A stretch of 64,000 bases of DNA, taken from Thermoplasmata archaeon (lineage in GTDB: Archaea > Thermoplasmatota > Thermoplasmata > Lutacidiplasmatales > UBA184). This document shows positions 8,419-18,472 of this stretch, one piece after another. Position 1 is the first letter of the stretch. Every line of letters begins with the position of its first letter. The notes beneath the pieces are model-generated. The model was not told the origin of the DNA. It saw nothing but the letters and a program-made list of their open reading frames with translations, and searched no databases. Position numbers and translations under genes: made by a program. The stretch is taken from positions 12,613 to 76,612 of the forward strand of contig JAGWLG010000014.1 of assembly GCA_028864975.1 (NCBI GenBank), given 5' to 3'.

Positions 8419-9600
8419 CTATCCGATAGGAAGGACTTGCTTCGAGACCCGATACCGACGCACCTGCCGCTCCTCCGGCTCGACCCCGATGCCGGGGCCC
8501 TTGGGCACCCGGAGGACGCTCCCCCTCTCGAGCCGCAACGAAGGTTCGACCACGTCCTGCTTCCAGTAGCGATCCGACGCCGAGAGGTCCGCGGGCAAGC
8601 GGAAGTTCGGTAGGCTCGCGAGATGCAGGTTGTGGGCGCGCCCGATGCCCGTCTCGAGCATCCCACCGCACCAGACCGGGACCCTCGCACGCTCGGCCCG
8701 GTCGTGCAGGGCGACGGCACTCGTGAACCCGCCCACGCGGCCTGGCTTGATGTTGAGGCATCCCAGGGCTCCTTCGCGAAGCGCGAGCTCGAGCGAGCCC
8801 ATCGACCTTACCGATTCGTCGAGACAGACCAGGGTCTTTCTTCCAAGCGCCCGGGCCAAGCGAGCATGCAGAAGCACGTCCTCCTCTTCGAATGGCTGTT
8901 CGACCACCTCGAGCTTGGCTTCGCGGGCGAGACGGCGGAGGGCGGGAAGGTCTCGGCCGCCGTAGGCCTGGTTCGCGTCGACCCAAATCCGAGCTCCGGG
9001 GAAGGCCCTTCGAGCGGCCAGGACGAACGGGCGGTCCCTTCCCGGCTCCACCTTGAGCTTGAGCCGGCCGTAGCCCTGGGCAGCGTAGCACTCGAGCTGC
9101 CGGACCAGCTCTTCGGGGGTGGGTGCAAGTCCGACGGATACTCCGACCTCGACACGGTCCCTGAGCGCTCGGTCAGGGGCGAGCAGGCGCTGGAGCGGGA
9201 GATGGGCATGGCGCGCCGCGAGGTCCCAGAGCGCCATCTCCACCATCGCCTTCGCCATGGGATGGCCACGGACCCGGGAGGCTGCGGCGAGGAACGCCTG
9301 AGGTGAGGCGGCTTCGGAGGTCGAGGCCAGCGCGGGCCGGAGGTAGCGGAACAGGACCTCCCGGACCGTTCCTACGGACTCGTACGAGTAGAGAGGGTCA
9401 CGCCCTGCGACGCACTCTCCGTAGCCCTGCTCGCCCCCTCTTTCCTCCAGCGTCAGCAGCAGGACCCGACGCGCCTTCTCGGTCCCGAAGCTCGTCGTGA
9501 ACGGGCGAACGAGCGGGATCTCGAGCTCCTCGAGCACCGCACGACGAAGACGCAGCCCCCCGGGGTTGGGCGGTCCCTTCGGCTTCGCGCGGGAGGGCAT
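8419..9600 (-). CDS. menC: o-succinylbenzoate synthase / N-acyl(succinyl)amino acid racemase (enolase superfamily)
   Basis: PFTTSFG, KLKVEPG (KxK), VDANQ, EQP, CLDES, NIKPGRVGG, WCGGMLETGIGRA, PADLSASDRYWKQD. Start at ATG 9600. Confidence 0.9.
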   Translation of the reverse strand: MPSRAKPKGPPNPGGLRLRRAVLEELEIPLVRPFTTSFGTEKARRVLLLTLEERGGEQGYGECVAGRDPLYSYESVGTVREVLFRYLRPALASTSEAASPQAFLAAASRVRGHPMAKAMVEMALWDLAARHAHLPLQRLLAPDRALRDRVEVGVSVGLAPTPEELVRQLECYAAQGYGRLKLKVEPGRDRPFVLAARRAFPGARIWVDANQAYGGRDLPALRRLAREAKLEVVEQPFEEEDVLLHARLARALGRKTLVCLDESVRSMGSLELALREGALGCLNIKPGRVGGFTSAVALHDRAERARVPVWCGGMLETGIGRAHNLHLASLPNFRLPADLSASDRYWKQDVVEPSLRLERGSVLRVPKGPGIGVEPEERQVRRYRVSKQVLPIG

Positions 9601-9631
9601 CGACCTTCCCACCTGGGTCTCGCCTCTCACC

Positions 9632-10513
9632 TCAAGGCGCGACGGAGGGCTCCGATGTGGCGGACTCGGGAGGGCGGGGCGCAAGGAAGTAGAAGGCCCG
9701 CCGTTCGTGGTCGACGTTCACGATGGCGAAGTCGTCCACCCCCCATCCCAGGTCGTGAGCAGCGCGGAAGGCTTCCCGTGTCGCCTGTCTCCACCCCTTG
9801 AGGTCCTGGGGCTGATGCTCCCGCAAGGCGGAGAGGTCGAAGGGGACCTCAAGGACCGCCGACGTCTTGTCGCTCTCAGGCTCGTGGACCTCCCTAGGGA
9901 TGCGGAGCCCCGCCTCCCCCAGGTCTGTCGTGAGCAGGACCTGGCTCGCCCCGTGCCGCTCTTGGTCCTCCTCCTTGGAGGGGATCTTCCCCTGGAGCCG
10001 CTCCTCGACATGGGGGGAGTTGAGGAGCCAGGTGACCCGAACGCGGTCGGTCGGGATCCCCCCGGTCTGCTCGGTGTCCATGGCCCCGTAGTAGTGGTGC
10101 ATGTACCGGTCCGGGTACGCTCCCAGCTTGCGGACGTTCAGGTTCGCGTTCTTGGCGACCAGGGGGTCGAACGTCCACCGGACCTTCGAGAGCCCGGCCT
10201 TCACGACCTCCTCCCGCTGGGCCTTCTTCAGGCGTAGACCCACGCCATGGTTCTGGTACTCGGGAAGGACCGCGTTCATGTGGGACCAGTAGTAGAGCTC
10301 CTGGCCATCCCACGCCACGAAGGCGAGGTTGAACCCCACCAGGTGGATGTCGTGGAAGGCCCCCAGGATGAGCCCCCCGTTGTCCTGGATGGCCCGCTGC
10401 AGCGACGCAGGGACGGGATGCTCGCTCCGCATCCCCCACGCCTTGACCTGGACCTCTTCCGCCATGCGGAACTCCTCCGGCGTGCGAAGCTTCCGCGTCT
10501 GGAGCTCGGGCAT
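9632..10513 (-). CDS. GNAT family acyltransferase of the type paired with NSAR/OSBS
   Basis: WSHMNAVLPEYQNHGVGLRLKKAQRE, VRWTFDPLVAKNANLNVRKLGA, YYGAMD..TDRVRVTW. Confidence 0.85.
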   Translation of the reverse strand: MPELQTRKLRTPEEFRMAEEVQVKAWGMRSEHPVPASLQRAIQDNGGLILGAFHDIHLVGFNLAFVAWDGQELYYWSHMNAVLPEYQNHGVGLRLKKAQREEVVKAGLSKVRWTFDPLVAKNANLNVRKLGAYPDRYMHHYYGAMDTEQTGGIPTDRVRVTWLLNSPHVEERLQGKIPSKEEDQERHGASQVLLTTDLGEAGLRIPREVHEPESDKTSAVLEVPFDLSALREHQPQDLKGWRQATREAFRAAHDLGWGVDDFAIVNVDHERRAFYFLAPRPPESATSEPSVAP

Positions 10514-10571
10514 GGACGGGGCGACGAGCGCCCGTCCCCTCTTGAACCCGGAGGGGAACCGAGGTCGTGGC

Positions 10572-11129
10572 TCAGACCCGGATCTTGAGCTCGAGCTTCT
10601 TGCGGACCAGACGGACCTCGTCCTCGGGCGTCAGGTCCCAGAGCAGGTCCTCGGCCTCGGTCACGTTCCGAAGGAACTCGGCCTTGCTTCGGGTCTTCAT
10701 CAGGTGCTCGAACCGGCGCCGTGCGACCATGTAGACCCCGACCAGGTAGGCGCCAATGAGGGCCATGAGCCCCCCACCAGGGAGCATGGCGAGGGTCCAG
10801 TCCGGGCCTGTGTAGGAGCCCGTGGGACTATCGGTTCCCTTCAAGGGCTGCTCGAGCCACGCGAGCGAGCCCCCCGGGTCCCCCAGCGGGGTCCACGCGA
10901 AAAGGCCGATGAGGCAGAGGATCGACCCGAGGACCAGCACGGCGATGGAGATGGCGAACCGGTAGGTCCGTAGCCCCCGGCGCAAGGTCGTCGAGAAGCT
11001 CATCGGAGGGGCGGTTTCCTTCTCCTCCTTGCTCTCCTCTCCCTTCGGAGCCTCCTCCTTGGAGCCCTCCTCCGCCTCGGTCGCTTCCGTCTCGGCGGAG
11101 TCCTCGGGGTCGTCCTTCTCGCGCTTCAA
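10572..11129 (-). CDS. Hypothetical membrane protein, possibly DUF3198 family
   Basis: Acidic N-terminus, 2 TM, C-terminal RRFEHLMKTRSKAEFLRNVTEAEDLLWDL. Family name recalled, not verified. Confidence 0.65.
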   Translation of the reverse strand: MKREKDDPEDSAETEATEAEEGSKEEAPKGEESKEEKETAPPMSFSTTLRRGLRTYRFAISIAVLVLGSILCLIGLFAWTPLGDPGGSLAWLEQPLKGTDSPTGSYTGPDWTLAMLPGGGLMALIGAYLVGVYMVARRRFEHLMKTRSKAEFLRNVTEAEDLLWDLTPEDEVRLVRKKLELKIRV

Positions 11130-11301
11130 GCTCCCGTCCCTAACGGAAGCCCTTCAAGAGTCTTGTCCCACGTCCTCCGAGAGCCACGAGGGGGGGAGGG
11201 GGGCCCTTCGCCTCGCCCCCCCGCCCTCTGAGACCCCTTTGGAGGTCGTGGCCAAGTTCAAATCATCCCCGACCTGAGAGCAGTCGCGAGGCGAACCTAC
11301 C

Positions 11302-12300
11302 GTGGGACGAAGCTCGGTCGTGACGAAGACCCCGTTCCGGGTCACCTTCGCGGGCGGGGGCACGGACCTCCCTGACTACTACCGCAGCCACGGACCGGGG
11401 GCCTGCGTCGCGGGGGCCATGAACAAGGGGATCTACGTCATGGTCGTCGAGAACTTCGACCGAGACGAAATTCGGGTTAGCTACAGGATCACCGAGGACG
11501 CCAAGAAGAGCGTGGATGAGATCGAACACGGGTCCATTCGGGAGGCCATGCGACTTCTCAGGATTCCGAGCGGGATCCAAGTGATCACCGCGACCCAGAT
11601 GCCCTCCAGAGGGACGGGGATTGGGTCGAGTAGCAGTTGCGCTGTCGGGGTGTTGAACGCCCTCCATACCTGGAAGGGGGAGAAGGTCTCTCCTCGGCAG
11701 CTCGCCCGCGAGGCGGTCAAGATCGAGCGGGAGGTCCTGAAGGAGGCAGGTGGGATCCAGGACCAGTATGTGGCCGCCTATGGCGGCCTGAACCTGATCG
11801 AGGTCGCGCGCGACGGTTCGGTCTCCGTCCAGAGCCTCGCCTTGGACCATGAGGGACTGGAAGAGCTCAACCGTCACCAGATGCTTTTCTTCACCGGGAT
11901 CGAGCGGTCTTCTGCATCAATCCACTTGAACCAGGCCAACGACATGAAGGACCACCTCGCGGAGTACGACCACATGCGCGACCTTGCCCGAGGGACGGCG
12001 AAGGCGCTGGAGGCTCTGGACCTCGCGGAGGTGGGTCGCCTCATGGACAAGAACTGGGAGCTCAAGCAGAAGCTCTCGGACGGGATCTCCAATCCTCGGG
12101 TGGACGAGCTCTACAAGGCCGCAAAGAAGGCCGGCGCTCTCGGGGGGAAGCTCATGGGGGCCGGTGGGGGAGGCTTCCTCTTCCTGCTCGCCCCGCCCGA
12201 ACGACAGGGCGGTATCGAGCGGGCCCTGCAACGCCTGGGGGCGTTCCTCACCCCCGTACGGCTGGAGCTCGAAGGGAGCGCCGTCGTCCATCAGGACTGA
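11302..12300 (+). CDS. GHMP sugar kinase, HddA (heptose-7-phosphate kinase)-like
   Basis: KTPFRVTFAGGGTDLP, PSRGTGIGSSSS, GIQDQYVAAYGG, GGKLMGAGGGGF. Confidence 0.88.
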   Translation: MGRSSVVTKTPFRVTFAGGGTDLPDYYRSHGPGACVAGAMNKGIYVMVVENFDRDEIRVSYRITEDAKKSVDEIEHGSIREAMRLLRIPSGIQVITATQMPSRGTGIGSSSSCAVGVLNALHTWKGEKVSPRQLAREAVKIEREVLKEAGGIQDQYVAAYGGLNLIEVARDGSVSVQSLALDHEGLEELNRHQMLFFTGIERSSASIHLNQANDMKDHLAEYDHMRDLARGTAKALEALDLAEVGRLMDKNWELKQKLSDGISNPRVDELYKAAKKAGALGGKLMGAGGGGFLFLLAPPERQGGIERALQRLGAFLTPVRLELEGSAVVHQD

Positions 12301-12345
12301 CAGGGTTTCCGGAAGGGTCTTAGGCCTGGTCCCGGTCCAGACCCG

Positions 12346-14328
12346 ATGCCCGGAGCGGAACGCGATAGGGACGAAACCCAACTACCGTTCGAGCAGCGGT
12401 ACGTCCCGTCGGCCGCCTACCGCGACCTGCTGCATCAAGCCCTCAGGGACCCCGAACGGTTCTGGAGGGCGCTCGCCCTTCGGGAGATCCATTGGGACCA
12501 CACGTTCTCCAAGGTGGTCGGGGGCGAGGCCCCCTTCTGGAAGTGGTTCGAGGGGGGATTGCTGAACGCCTCCTACAACTGCCTCGACCGACACCTGGAG
12601 GCGGGTCGCGGAAGCCGGGTCGCTTATCACTGGGAGGGCGAGCCGGGCGACACCCGGACGGTCACCTATCGGGACCTTCTCGCACTGGTCGAACGTTCCG
12701 CAGGAGCGCTCTCGGAGCTCGGGCTACACCGAGGCGACAGGATCGCGCTCTACCTCCCGATGATCCCCGAGACCCCCGCGATCATGCTGGCCGCGGCCCG
12801 GCTCGGTATCGTGTTCACGACGGTCTTCTCGGGTTTCTCGGCCGAATCTCTCGCGGGGCGGATCCGGGACTCGGGGGCCCGCGCGGTCGTGACCGCCGAC
12901 GGGACCTACCGACGGGGGAAGTTCCTCGCGCTCAAACCGGTCGCGGACCAGGCGGCGGAGCATTGCCCTTCGGTAGAGAAGATGCTGGTGGTCCAGCGGG
13001 GAGCCGACCCTCCTGCGCTCCGGGAAGGGCGGGACGTAGCTTTCCTGGACGCGACCAAGCGAGCACCGCGTCATGCGGCAGCCCAACCGCTTCCTTCCGA
13101 TCATCCCCTCTACATGCTCTATACGAGCGGGACGACGGGCAGACCGAAGGGGGTCGTGCATGGCACCGGGGGGTACTTGGTCCACGCCGCGGCCACGATG
13201 CGTTGGGTGTTCGACGACCGCCCCGAGAGCGACACCTTCTGGTGCGCAGCGGACATCGGGTGGGTCACCGGTCACACGTACATCGTCTTCGGCCCGCTCC
13301 TCCGGGGCATGACGAGCGTGCTCTACGAAGGCGGCTTCGACATCCCGACCCCGGACCGCATGTGGTCGATCGTCGAGCGCTACGGGGTCACGACGCTCTA
13401 CACCTCCCCCACAGCCATTCGATCCCTGATGAAGCACGGGGACGCCATTCCGCGGGCCCACGACCTCTCCTCGCTGCGCCTGCTCGGCACGGTGGGGGAG
13501 GCGATCAATCCCGCCGCGTGGGAGTGGTACTATCGTGTCATCGGAGGAGAGCGCTGCCCCATCGTGGACACGTGGTGGCAGACGGAGACCGGGGGGATCC
13601 TGATCTCGCCGGCCCCTGGGCTCGCGACCCTCCCCTTGAAACCGGGCTCTGCGACCCTTCCGCTCCCTGGGGTCGATGCGGATGTGGTGGATGAGCAGGG
13701 GAAGCCTGTCCCCGCCCTAACGAAGGGGTTCCTCGTCGTGCGCCGTCCTTGGCCGGGGATGTTCCTGACGCTCTACAACGACCCGGAGCGCTTTCGGCAG
13801 GTCTACTTCTCGCGGTTCCCGGGGGTCTACTACACCGGCGACTACGCGGTACGGGACCTTGACGGGTACTTCTGGCTCTTGGGGCGCGCGGACGAGGTCC
13901 TGAAGGTCGCCGGCCATCGGCTCGGGACGATCGAGATCGAGGATGCCCTGGTCTCGCATCCTGCGGTCGCCGAAGCCGCTGTGGTGGGCCAGAGGGATGA
14001 CGTGAAGGGGGAGGTCATCGCCGCGTTCGTGACGTTGCGCTCGGGCCGGCACGCGAGCCACGAGCTCTCGGAGGAGCTTCGCCGCCATGTCCGCGAGGTC
14101 ATGGGTCCCGTCGCCACCCCCGAGGCGATCCACTTCGTGGCCGCCCTGCCGAAGACGCGGAGCGGGAAGATCATGCGACGTGTCATCCGTGCTGTCGCAA
14201 ATCAGGAGACCGTGGGGGACGTAACGACCCTCGAGGATGAGGCGACCGTCGAAGAGGTACGGCGGGAGATGGGCGCCCTGCGTCACGCCCTCGGGCGAGA
14301 GCCGGCGTCGAAGGCCCCGTCGAGCTGA
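12346..14328 (+). CDS. acs: Acetyl-CoA synthetase (AMP-forming)
   Basis: YTSGTTGRPKG, CAADIGWVTGHTY, DTWWQTETG, GRADEVLKVAGHRLGT, LPKTRSGKIMRR. Confidence 0.97.
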   Translation: MPGAERDRDETQLPFEQRYVPSAAYRDLLHQALRDPERFWRALALREIHWDHTFSKVVGGEAPFWKWFEGGLLNASYNCLDRHLEAGRGSRVAYHWEGEPGDTRTVTYRDLLALVERSAGALSELGLHRGDRIALYLPMIPETPAIMLAAARLGIVFTTVFSGFSAESLAGRIRDSGARAVVTADGTYRRGKFLALKPVADQAAEHCPSVEKMLVVQRGADPPALREGRDVAFLDATKRAPRHAAAQPLPSDHPLYMLYTSGTTGRPKGVVHGTGGYLVHAAATMRWVFDDRPESDTFWCAADIGWVTGHTYIVFGPLLRGMTSVLYEGGFDIPTPDRMWSIVERYGVTTLYTSPTAIRSLMKHGDAIPRAHDLSSLRLLGTVGEAINPAAWEWYYRVIGGERCPIVDTWWQTETGGILISPAPGLATLPLKPGSATLPLPGVDADVVDEQGKPVPALTKGFLVVRRPWPGMFLTLYNDPERFRQVYFSRFPGVYYTGDYAVRDLDGYFWLLGRADEVLKVAGHRLGTIEIEDALVSHPAVAEAAVVGQRDDVKGEVIAAFVTLRSGRHASHELSEELRRHVREVMGPVATPEAIHFVAALPKTRSGKIMRRVIRAVANQETVGDVTTLEDEATVEEVRREMGALRHALGREPASKAPSS

Positions 14329-14372
14329 CTTGGAGTAGGCGGACCCACCGCGTAGGATCAGGTCTCCGTTCG

Positions 14373-15365
14373 TCAGGCGTCTACCTTTCGGGCCCGGACC
14401 TCGATCGTTGACCGCCAACGGGGCGCCGCCTTGGCGATCAAGGTGGGTGGAGTGAGCAGTAGGGTAAGGAGCTGCGTGCCACGGGAGTCAAACTGCCCGA
14501 GGCGAACTTCGAGACGGCAGATGGCGGACTTTCCGAGCTCCCCGGGGAAATCGTGGACGATCGGTCGGAGCTCAACGTCGGTGAACCCGTTGCTGGTGAG
14601 CATGCGCTCCAGCCCACCGCTCGAGAAGAGATGGGGATGTTCCACGTACTGGAAGAGCGCCCAACACTCTCGGAAAGCGCGGAACTGTGCCGAGTCCGCC
14701 CAGGGGGTTGTGAGCAGCAAGACCCCTCCTGGCCGCAGCACGACTTGGCAGTCGCGCAGGAAGCCTACAGGATCCGGGACATGCTCGATCACATGGTGAG
14801 CGATGACCATGTCAGCGCGAGCGACATGGGTGAGGACCCGCGGTGTTCCCGCTTGGAGGTACCGCACACCATCGGCCTCCTTCCAAGAGGGATGCCGGGC
14901 GACGTCAATCGCAGTCACGCTCGCCCCCTCTGAAGCTAACCGGCGGGAGAGACCCCCCTCGCCGCACCCCACCTCAACGATCGTCGGATGTGGACCGAGC
15001 TGACGCGCCATTCGAGAAGTGGTGTTCCAGCGCCAAAGACCGTAGACCTTCCCTCCTGCTCGAAGCAGCTCTCGCAGCCCTCCCACGGCGGACTCAGCCT
15101 CACCCTCGAGATTGGCCGGCGAGGCCCTAGCGTAGTAGGAGGAGAGCGAGCGGGCGGAAGGACGGCTCTCGGTGTGGACCGTTCCACACCCCCGACAAGC
15201 CCAGAAGCAGAACGAAGCCCGATTCCCTTCAGGAACGAGCGGAAGAGCCCAGCTCCTCTCCGATCCTCCGCACGCCTCGCAATGCGTGCAGCCCTCGGTG
15301 CGTTCCGTCGTGGGGGCGAGGAGCCAAGTGCGCTGGGACCGGTGACCTACGCTCAACATTGCCAC
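14373..15365 (-). CDS. Class I SAM-dependent methyltransferase with N-terminal Cys cluster (putative Zn)
   Basis: CTHCEACGG..CRGCGTVH; IVEVGCGEGG; HHVIEHVPDP; LRPGGVLLLTTP; EHPHLFS. Confidence 0.85.
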   Translation of the reverse strand: MAMLSVGHRSQRTWLLAPTTERTEGCTHCEACGGSERSWALPLVPEGNRASFCFWACRGCGTVHTESRPSARSLSSYYARASPANLEGEAESAVGGLRELLRAGGKVYGLWRWNTTSRMARQLGPHPTIVEVGCGEGGLSRRLASEGASVTAIDVARHPSWKEADGVRYLQAGTPRVLTHVARADMVIAHHVIEHVPDPVGFLRDCQVVLRPGGVLLLTTPWADSAQFRAFRECWALFQYVEHPHLFSSGGLERMLTSNGFTDVELRPIVHDFPGELGKSAICRLEVRLGQFDSRGTQLLTLLLTPPTLIAKAAPRWRSTIEVRARKVDA

Positions 15366-15616
15366 TTCACCTCCGTCCTAGGTCCCTGCTGACGTGGGCC
15401 CGCGAACGCCGACCGCCGGGCGGAAGCGTCCTATCGGCTGGCACAAGGATCGCACTTGTATGTCGGGGAGGTATTTCTTGAGGCTCGAACCGCCTGCTGA
15501 GGATTGGGGTCGTCGCCGAGGCACGGCTCGCGTGGGTTTCGGAAGATCATCCTTCTAGAGGGCTAGCCTTTTCAGGAGGCAGAAGCACGCCGTCCCCGGC
15601 TGCCCGAAGATAGGGG

Positions 15617-16714
15617 GTGCACCTCATGGGCTCGACCACCTCTTCTTCCTCGCATCAACTTCGGCTGCTCGGCTATCCATACGTCCCCGATCCCGGGACT
15701 GGGCGAGGGATTGACCGTTACCTCCACTATTTGGTCGAGGGGTGCCGCCAACGGGGAGTTGAGTTCGGCTTGCTCCCCACGCGACAGTACAACACGCACG
15801 CCGAGCAGCTCCTGCGCGGGGAGCCTAGTGTCCTCCGAGCGCTGCACCCTCCTCCACCTGGAGTCGTCCACGCCGTGTCCCCAGTGGGGGGCCGTGTGCT
15901 TGCCGTCCTCGGGCACTCGTGCTTCGTCACAACCATCCACGATGTCATGCCCTTCCATTTCTGGAGGGCGCATCCCGCTCGCTACACCTTCCTCCGTTGG
16001 TGCATAACGCTGTCAGCGAGACGCAGCGTTCGAATCATCGTCACTTTCCAATTCAACAAGAACTACCTTGTCGAGCACCTAGGCGTCCCGGAGCACAAAA
16101 TCGACGTGGTTCCCATTGGGGTCGATCCTCAGACACTGGGGGTCGATGGGTCGACCGCAACCGCCCGCGAGGACGACATCCCGCGCTTGCTCTTCCTGGG
16201 GAGCTGGAACCCCTTCGAGCGAGGGGGAGATCTCGTCCTTCGCTCGATGCCCGACATCATCCGAGAGGTCCCACGAGCGCGTCTCATCTTTTCGTGCGCA
16301 TCGCGCAGCATTCCCGCCATGCGTGAACTCGCCCGGAGCCTGCACATCGAGCTTGCTGTGGACTTTCCCGGTTTCATTCCAGAGGGTTCTTTGGGGAGCG
16401 TGCTGCGCGGCGCCGACGTCTTCGTCTACCCGTCTAGGATCGGGTTCTCCGCATCGGTCCTGCAAGCAATGCATGTCGGAACTCCGGTGGTCGCCGGAGA
16501 CTGTCTCGACATGCCGGAGTTCGTTTCGGACAGTGGGGTGATCTCCCCGATGGAGGACCCCTCGAAGATGGCCCGATTGATCATCGGGCTGCTCCATGAC
16601 CGCGATCAGCGACGAAGACTCGCAGAGAAGGGCAAGCGCCGAGTGGGAGATTTCTCTATCGACCAGATGATTGGACGGACATTGGAAGTCTATCACCAAG
16701 TCATGTCGAAGTAG
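15617..16714 (+). CDS. Glycosyltransferase family 4
   Basis: GRGIDRY, VTTIHDVMP, KIDVVPIGVD, ADVFVYPSRIGFSASVLQAMHVGTPVV. Confidence 0.88.
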   Translation: MHLMGSTTSSSSHQLRLLGYPYVPDPGTGRGIDRYLHYLVEGCRQRGVEFGLLPTRQYNTHAEQLLRGEPSVLRALHPPPPGVVHAVSPVGGRVLAVLGHSCFVTTIHDVMPFHFWRAHPARYTFLRWCITLSARRSVRIIVTFQFNKNYLVEHLGVPEHKIDVVPIGVDPQTLGVDGSTATAREDDIPRLLFLGSWNPFERGGDLVLRSMPDIIREVPRARLIFSCASRSIPAMRELARSLHIELAVDFPGFIPEGSLGSVLRGADVFVYPSRIGFSASVLQAMHVGTPVVAGDCLDMPEFVSDSGVISPMEDPSKMARLIIGLLHDRDQRRRLAEKGKRRVGDFSIDQMIGRTLEVYHQVMSK

Positions 16715-17041
16715 GGTTCCGACTTCAGACAAAAGGCGCCCGCCGAGCGCGCGAACATGAGCAGCGAGTCCTCTCGATGAACGCCGAGGCTCAGTTTCCA
16801 GCTCCTTCAGTCGTGGAAGGTCCGCCGTACCCATTGGCTCGGGGATGCTCGGGAGAGTGGCGACTCCAGGGTGCGCGGCCGAGCGCCAGCCCCCAGAGGA
16901 ACCAAGCCATCGATGAGGTTGCCTGAAAACCTCTCGAGCTGAGGACACGACAACATGCATGCTTCATCGGCCCTGCGCACCGATTTCTCTTGCGGAATAC
17001 GGTAGCTCGTGACATGGCTGCCTTCCAAGAAGAGGGGGTGC

Positions 17042-17815
17042 TTAAGGGTCGACCCGGACCACCACGGCGTGTCCATTGAGATTGTGCAGGACGACGCGAC
17101 CGGATCCCTGTCGAAGCGTGTTCACGAAGCGCGTTACGCCGGGAGTAGAGCGGAAACCGTAGTCGTCGAAGACTACGACCGCCCCTCGGGCGAGGCGTGG
17201 CCACACCCACTCGAAGACGCCCTTGGCCGACTCATAGGTGTCCACGTCGATGTGACAGAATCGGACCCTGGCGGGCTGAATGAGGTGACCGGTCTCATCC
17301 GGGAAGATTCCAACAAGGACCTTCACGTTCGAGACCCCCATAGAGGCTAGGAGGTGCTCGACCCCTGCCTCGGAAGTGTTAGCGAAATCTCCATCCCGGT
17401 GAAAGGCATCTGGAGCACCGGCTTTCACCAACCCCCGAAAGGTGTCGCAGAGGTAAACCGTTTCGTCAATGCCGAGCGACCTAGCTCTCGCTGCGATCAG
17501 AGCACCGGTGCCGCCGCGGAAGACTCCCACCTCGAGGAACACCCCGGACAATTGTGCGGTCTCGGCAACCAATTGCCACAGGTCGTAGCAACGGTAGCGG
17601 TCTACCATGGTGCTCTCCCGAATGCTCTCCCAGACTCGAAGGAACGGCTCGTCGGCGCGCCAGGGGGCGTAGGTGGCTCCCGTCAGTACAAGTTCCTGGT
17701 CCGCGGAGGAGAAAAGGCACCCGAGCTTCCCCGGGTTGCGGAGAATCGACCGTGTTGCCACTCCGCCGAGCTCGAAGGCACGTCCCACGGCTGCAAGAGT
17801 ACCCTGTCGTTTCAT
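17042..17815 (-). CDS. TylF/MycF/NovP family O-methyltransferase
   Basis: GVFLEVGVFRGGT, YLCDTFRGL, HIDVDTYES, VVVFDDYG. Confidence 0.92.
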   Translation of the reverse strand: MKRQGTLAAVGRAFELGGVATRSILRNPGKLGCLFSSADQELVLTGATYAPWRADEPFLRVWESIRESTMVDRYRCYDLWQLVAETAQLSGVFLEVGVFRGGTGALIAARARSLGIDETVYLCDTFRGLVKAGAPDAFHRDGDFANTSEAGVEHLLASMGVSNVKVLVGIFPDETGHLIQPARVRFCHIDVDTYESAKGVFEWVWPRLARGAVVVFDDYGFRSTPGVTRFVNTLRQGSGRVVLHNLNGHAVVVRVDP

Positions 17816-18472
17816 GGCCAGGAGCTCTGTAGGATTGGTTCTCGTTCTGTCGGGGTACGCTTAGCTGCTGGATGGGAAACCTGTAGGTAACGCTCTGTGG
17901 GGTGAACACGACGCTCCGCGGTCGAAAGATCGCCACCGAGACGAGCGACCCTCTCTCGACGGCCGAGTATCCAGCTTGCAGCTCCACGTGGTCTCATGCA
18001 CGATTCGAGCCTGGCGCGAGACTCCGCTACGGTCTTGCTATTCTCCCCTAATCTAGCTTCCCCCTGAGAGGGCCGAGCAAGCCCTCGCCCTCCAGGTATT
18101 ACTCACGTGGGACGGACCCACGAGGGACTGCCGTGCTGAAGTGCGGTGAACGGTCCATCTGTCCCCTTGGCCAAAAGAAGTTGGGGGACGGTTCGGTCGA
18201 ACATTTCATCGAGGAACTCTTGTGGGGCTTGGGGGGTGTCCCTTCCGCTCCCTCTGGATCTCAGGGAGCTTGGTGTGTGCGAGGCATGAGACCCCTTGGA
18301 CCCGCCCGGGAGCGGACGAACGAGTGCCAGCGCAGGTCGACTCGGCGGTTGCATCTTGTCGAGGAATGTGCCGGGGGCCCGCTCACTGAAGACAGCTCCG
18401 AGAACTTCTCGGGCACGGCTACGGGTGGGTCATAACGCTAATAGTCCGTGGAGGCAGACCCCTTGGTCTGCA

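Noticed and set aside
18103-18435. Short ORFs on both strands in the gap before the RimJ-like GNAT
   Set aside because: No motif, SD or coupling; cannot be told from chance ORFs.
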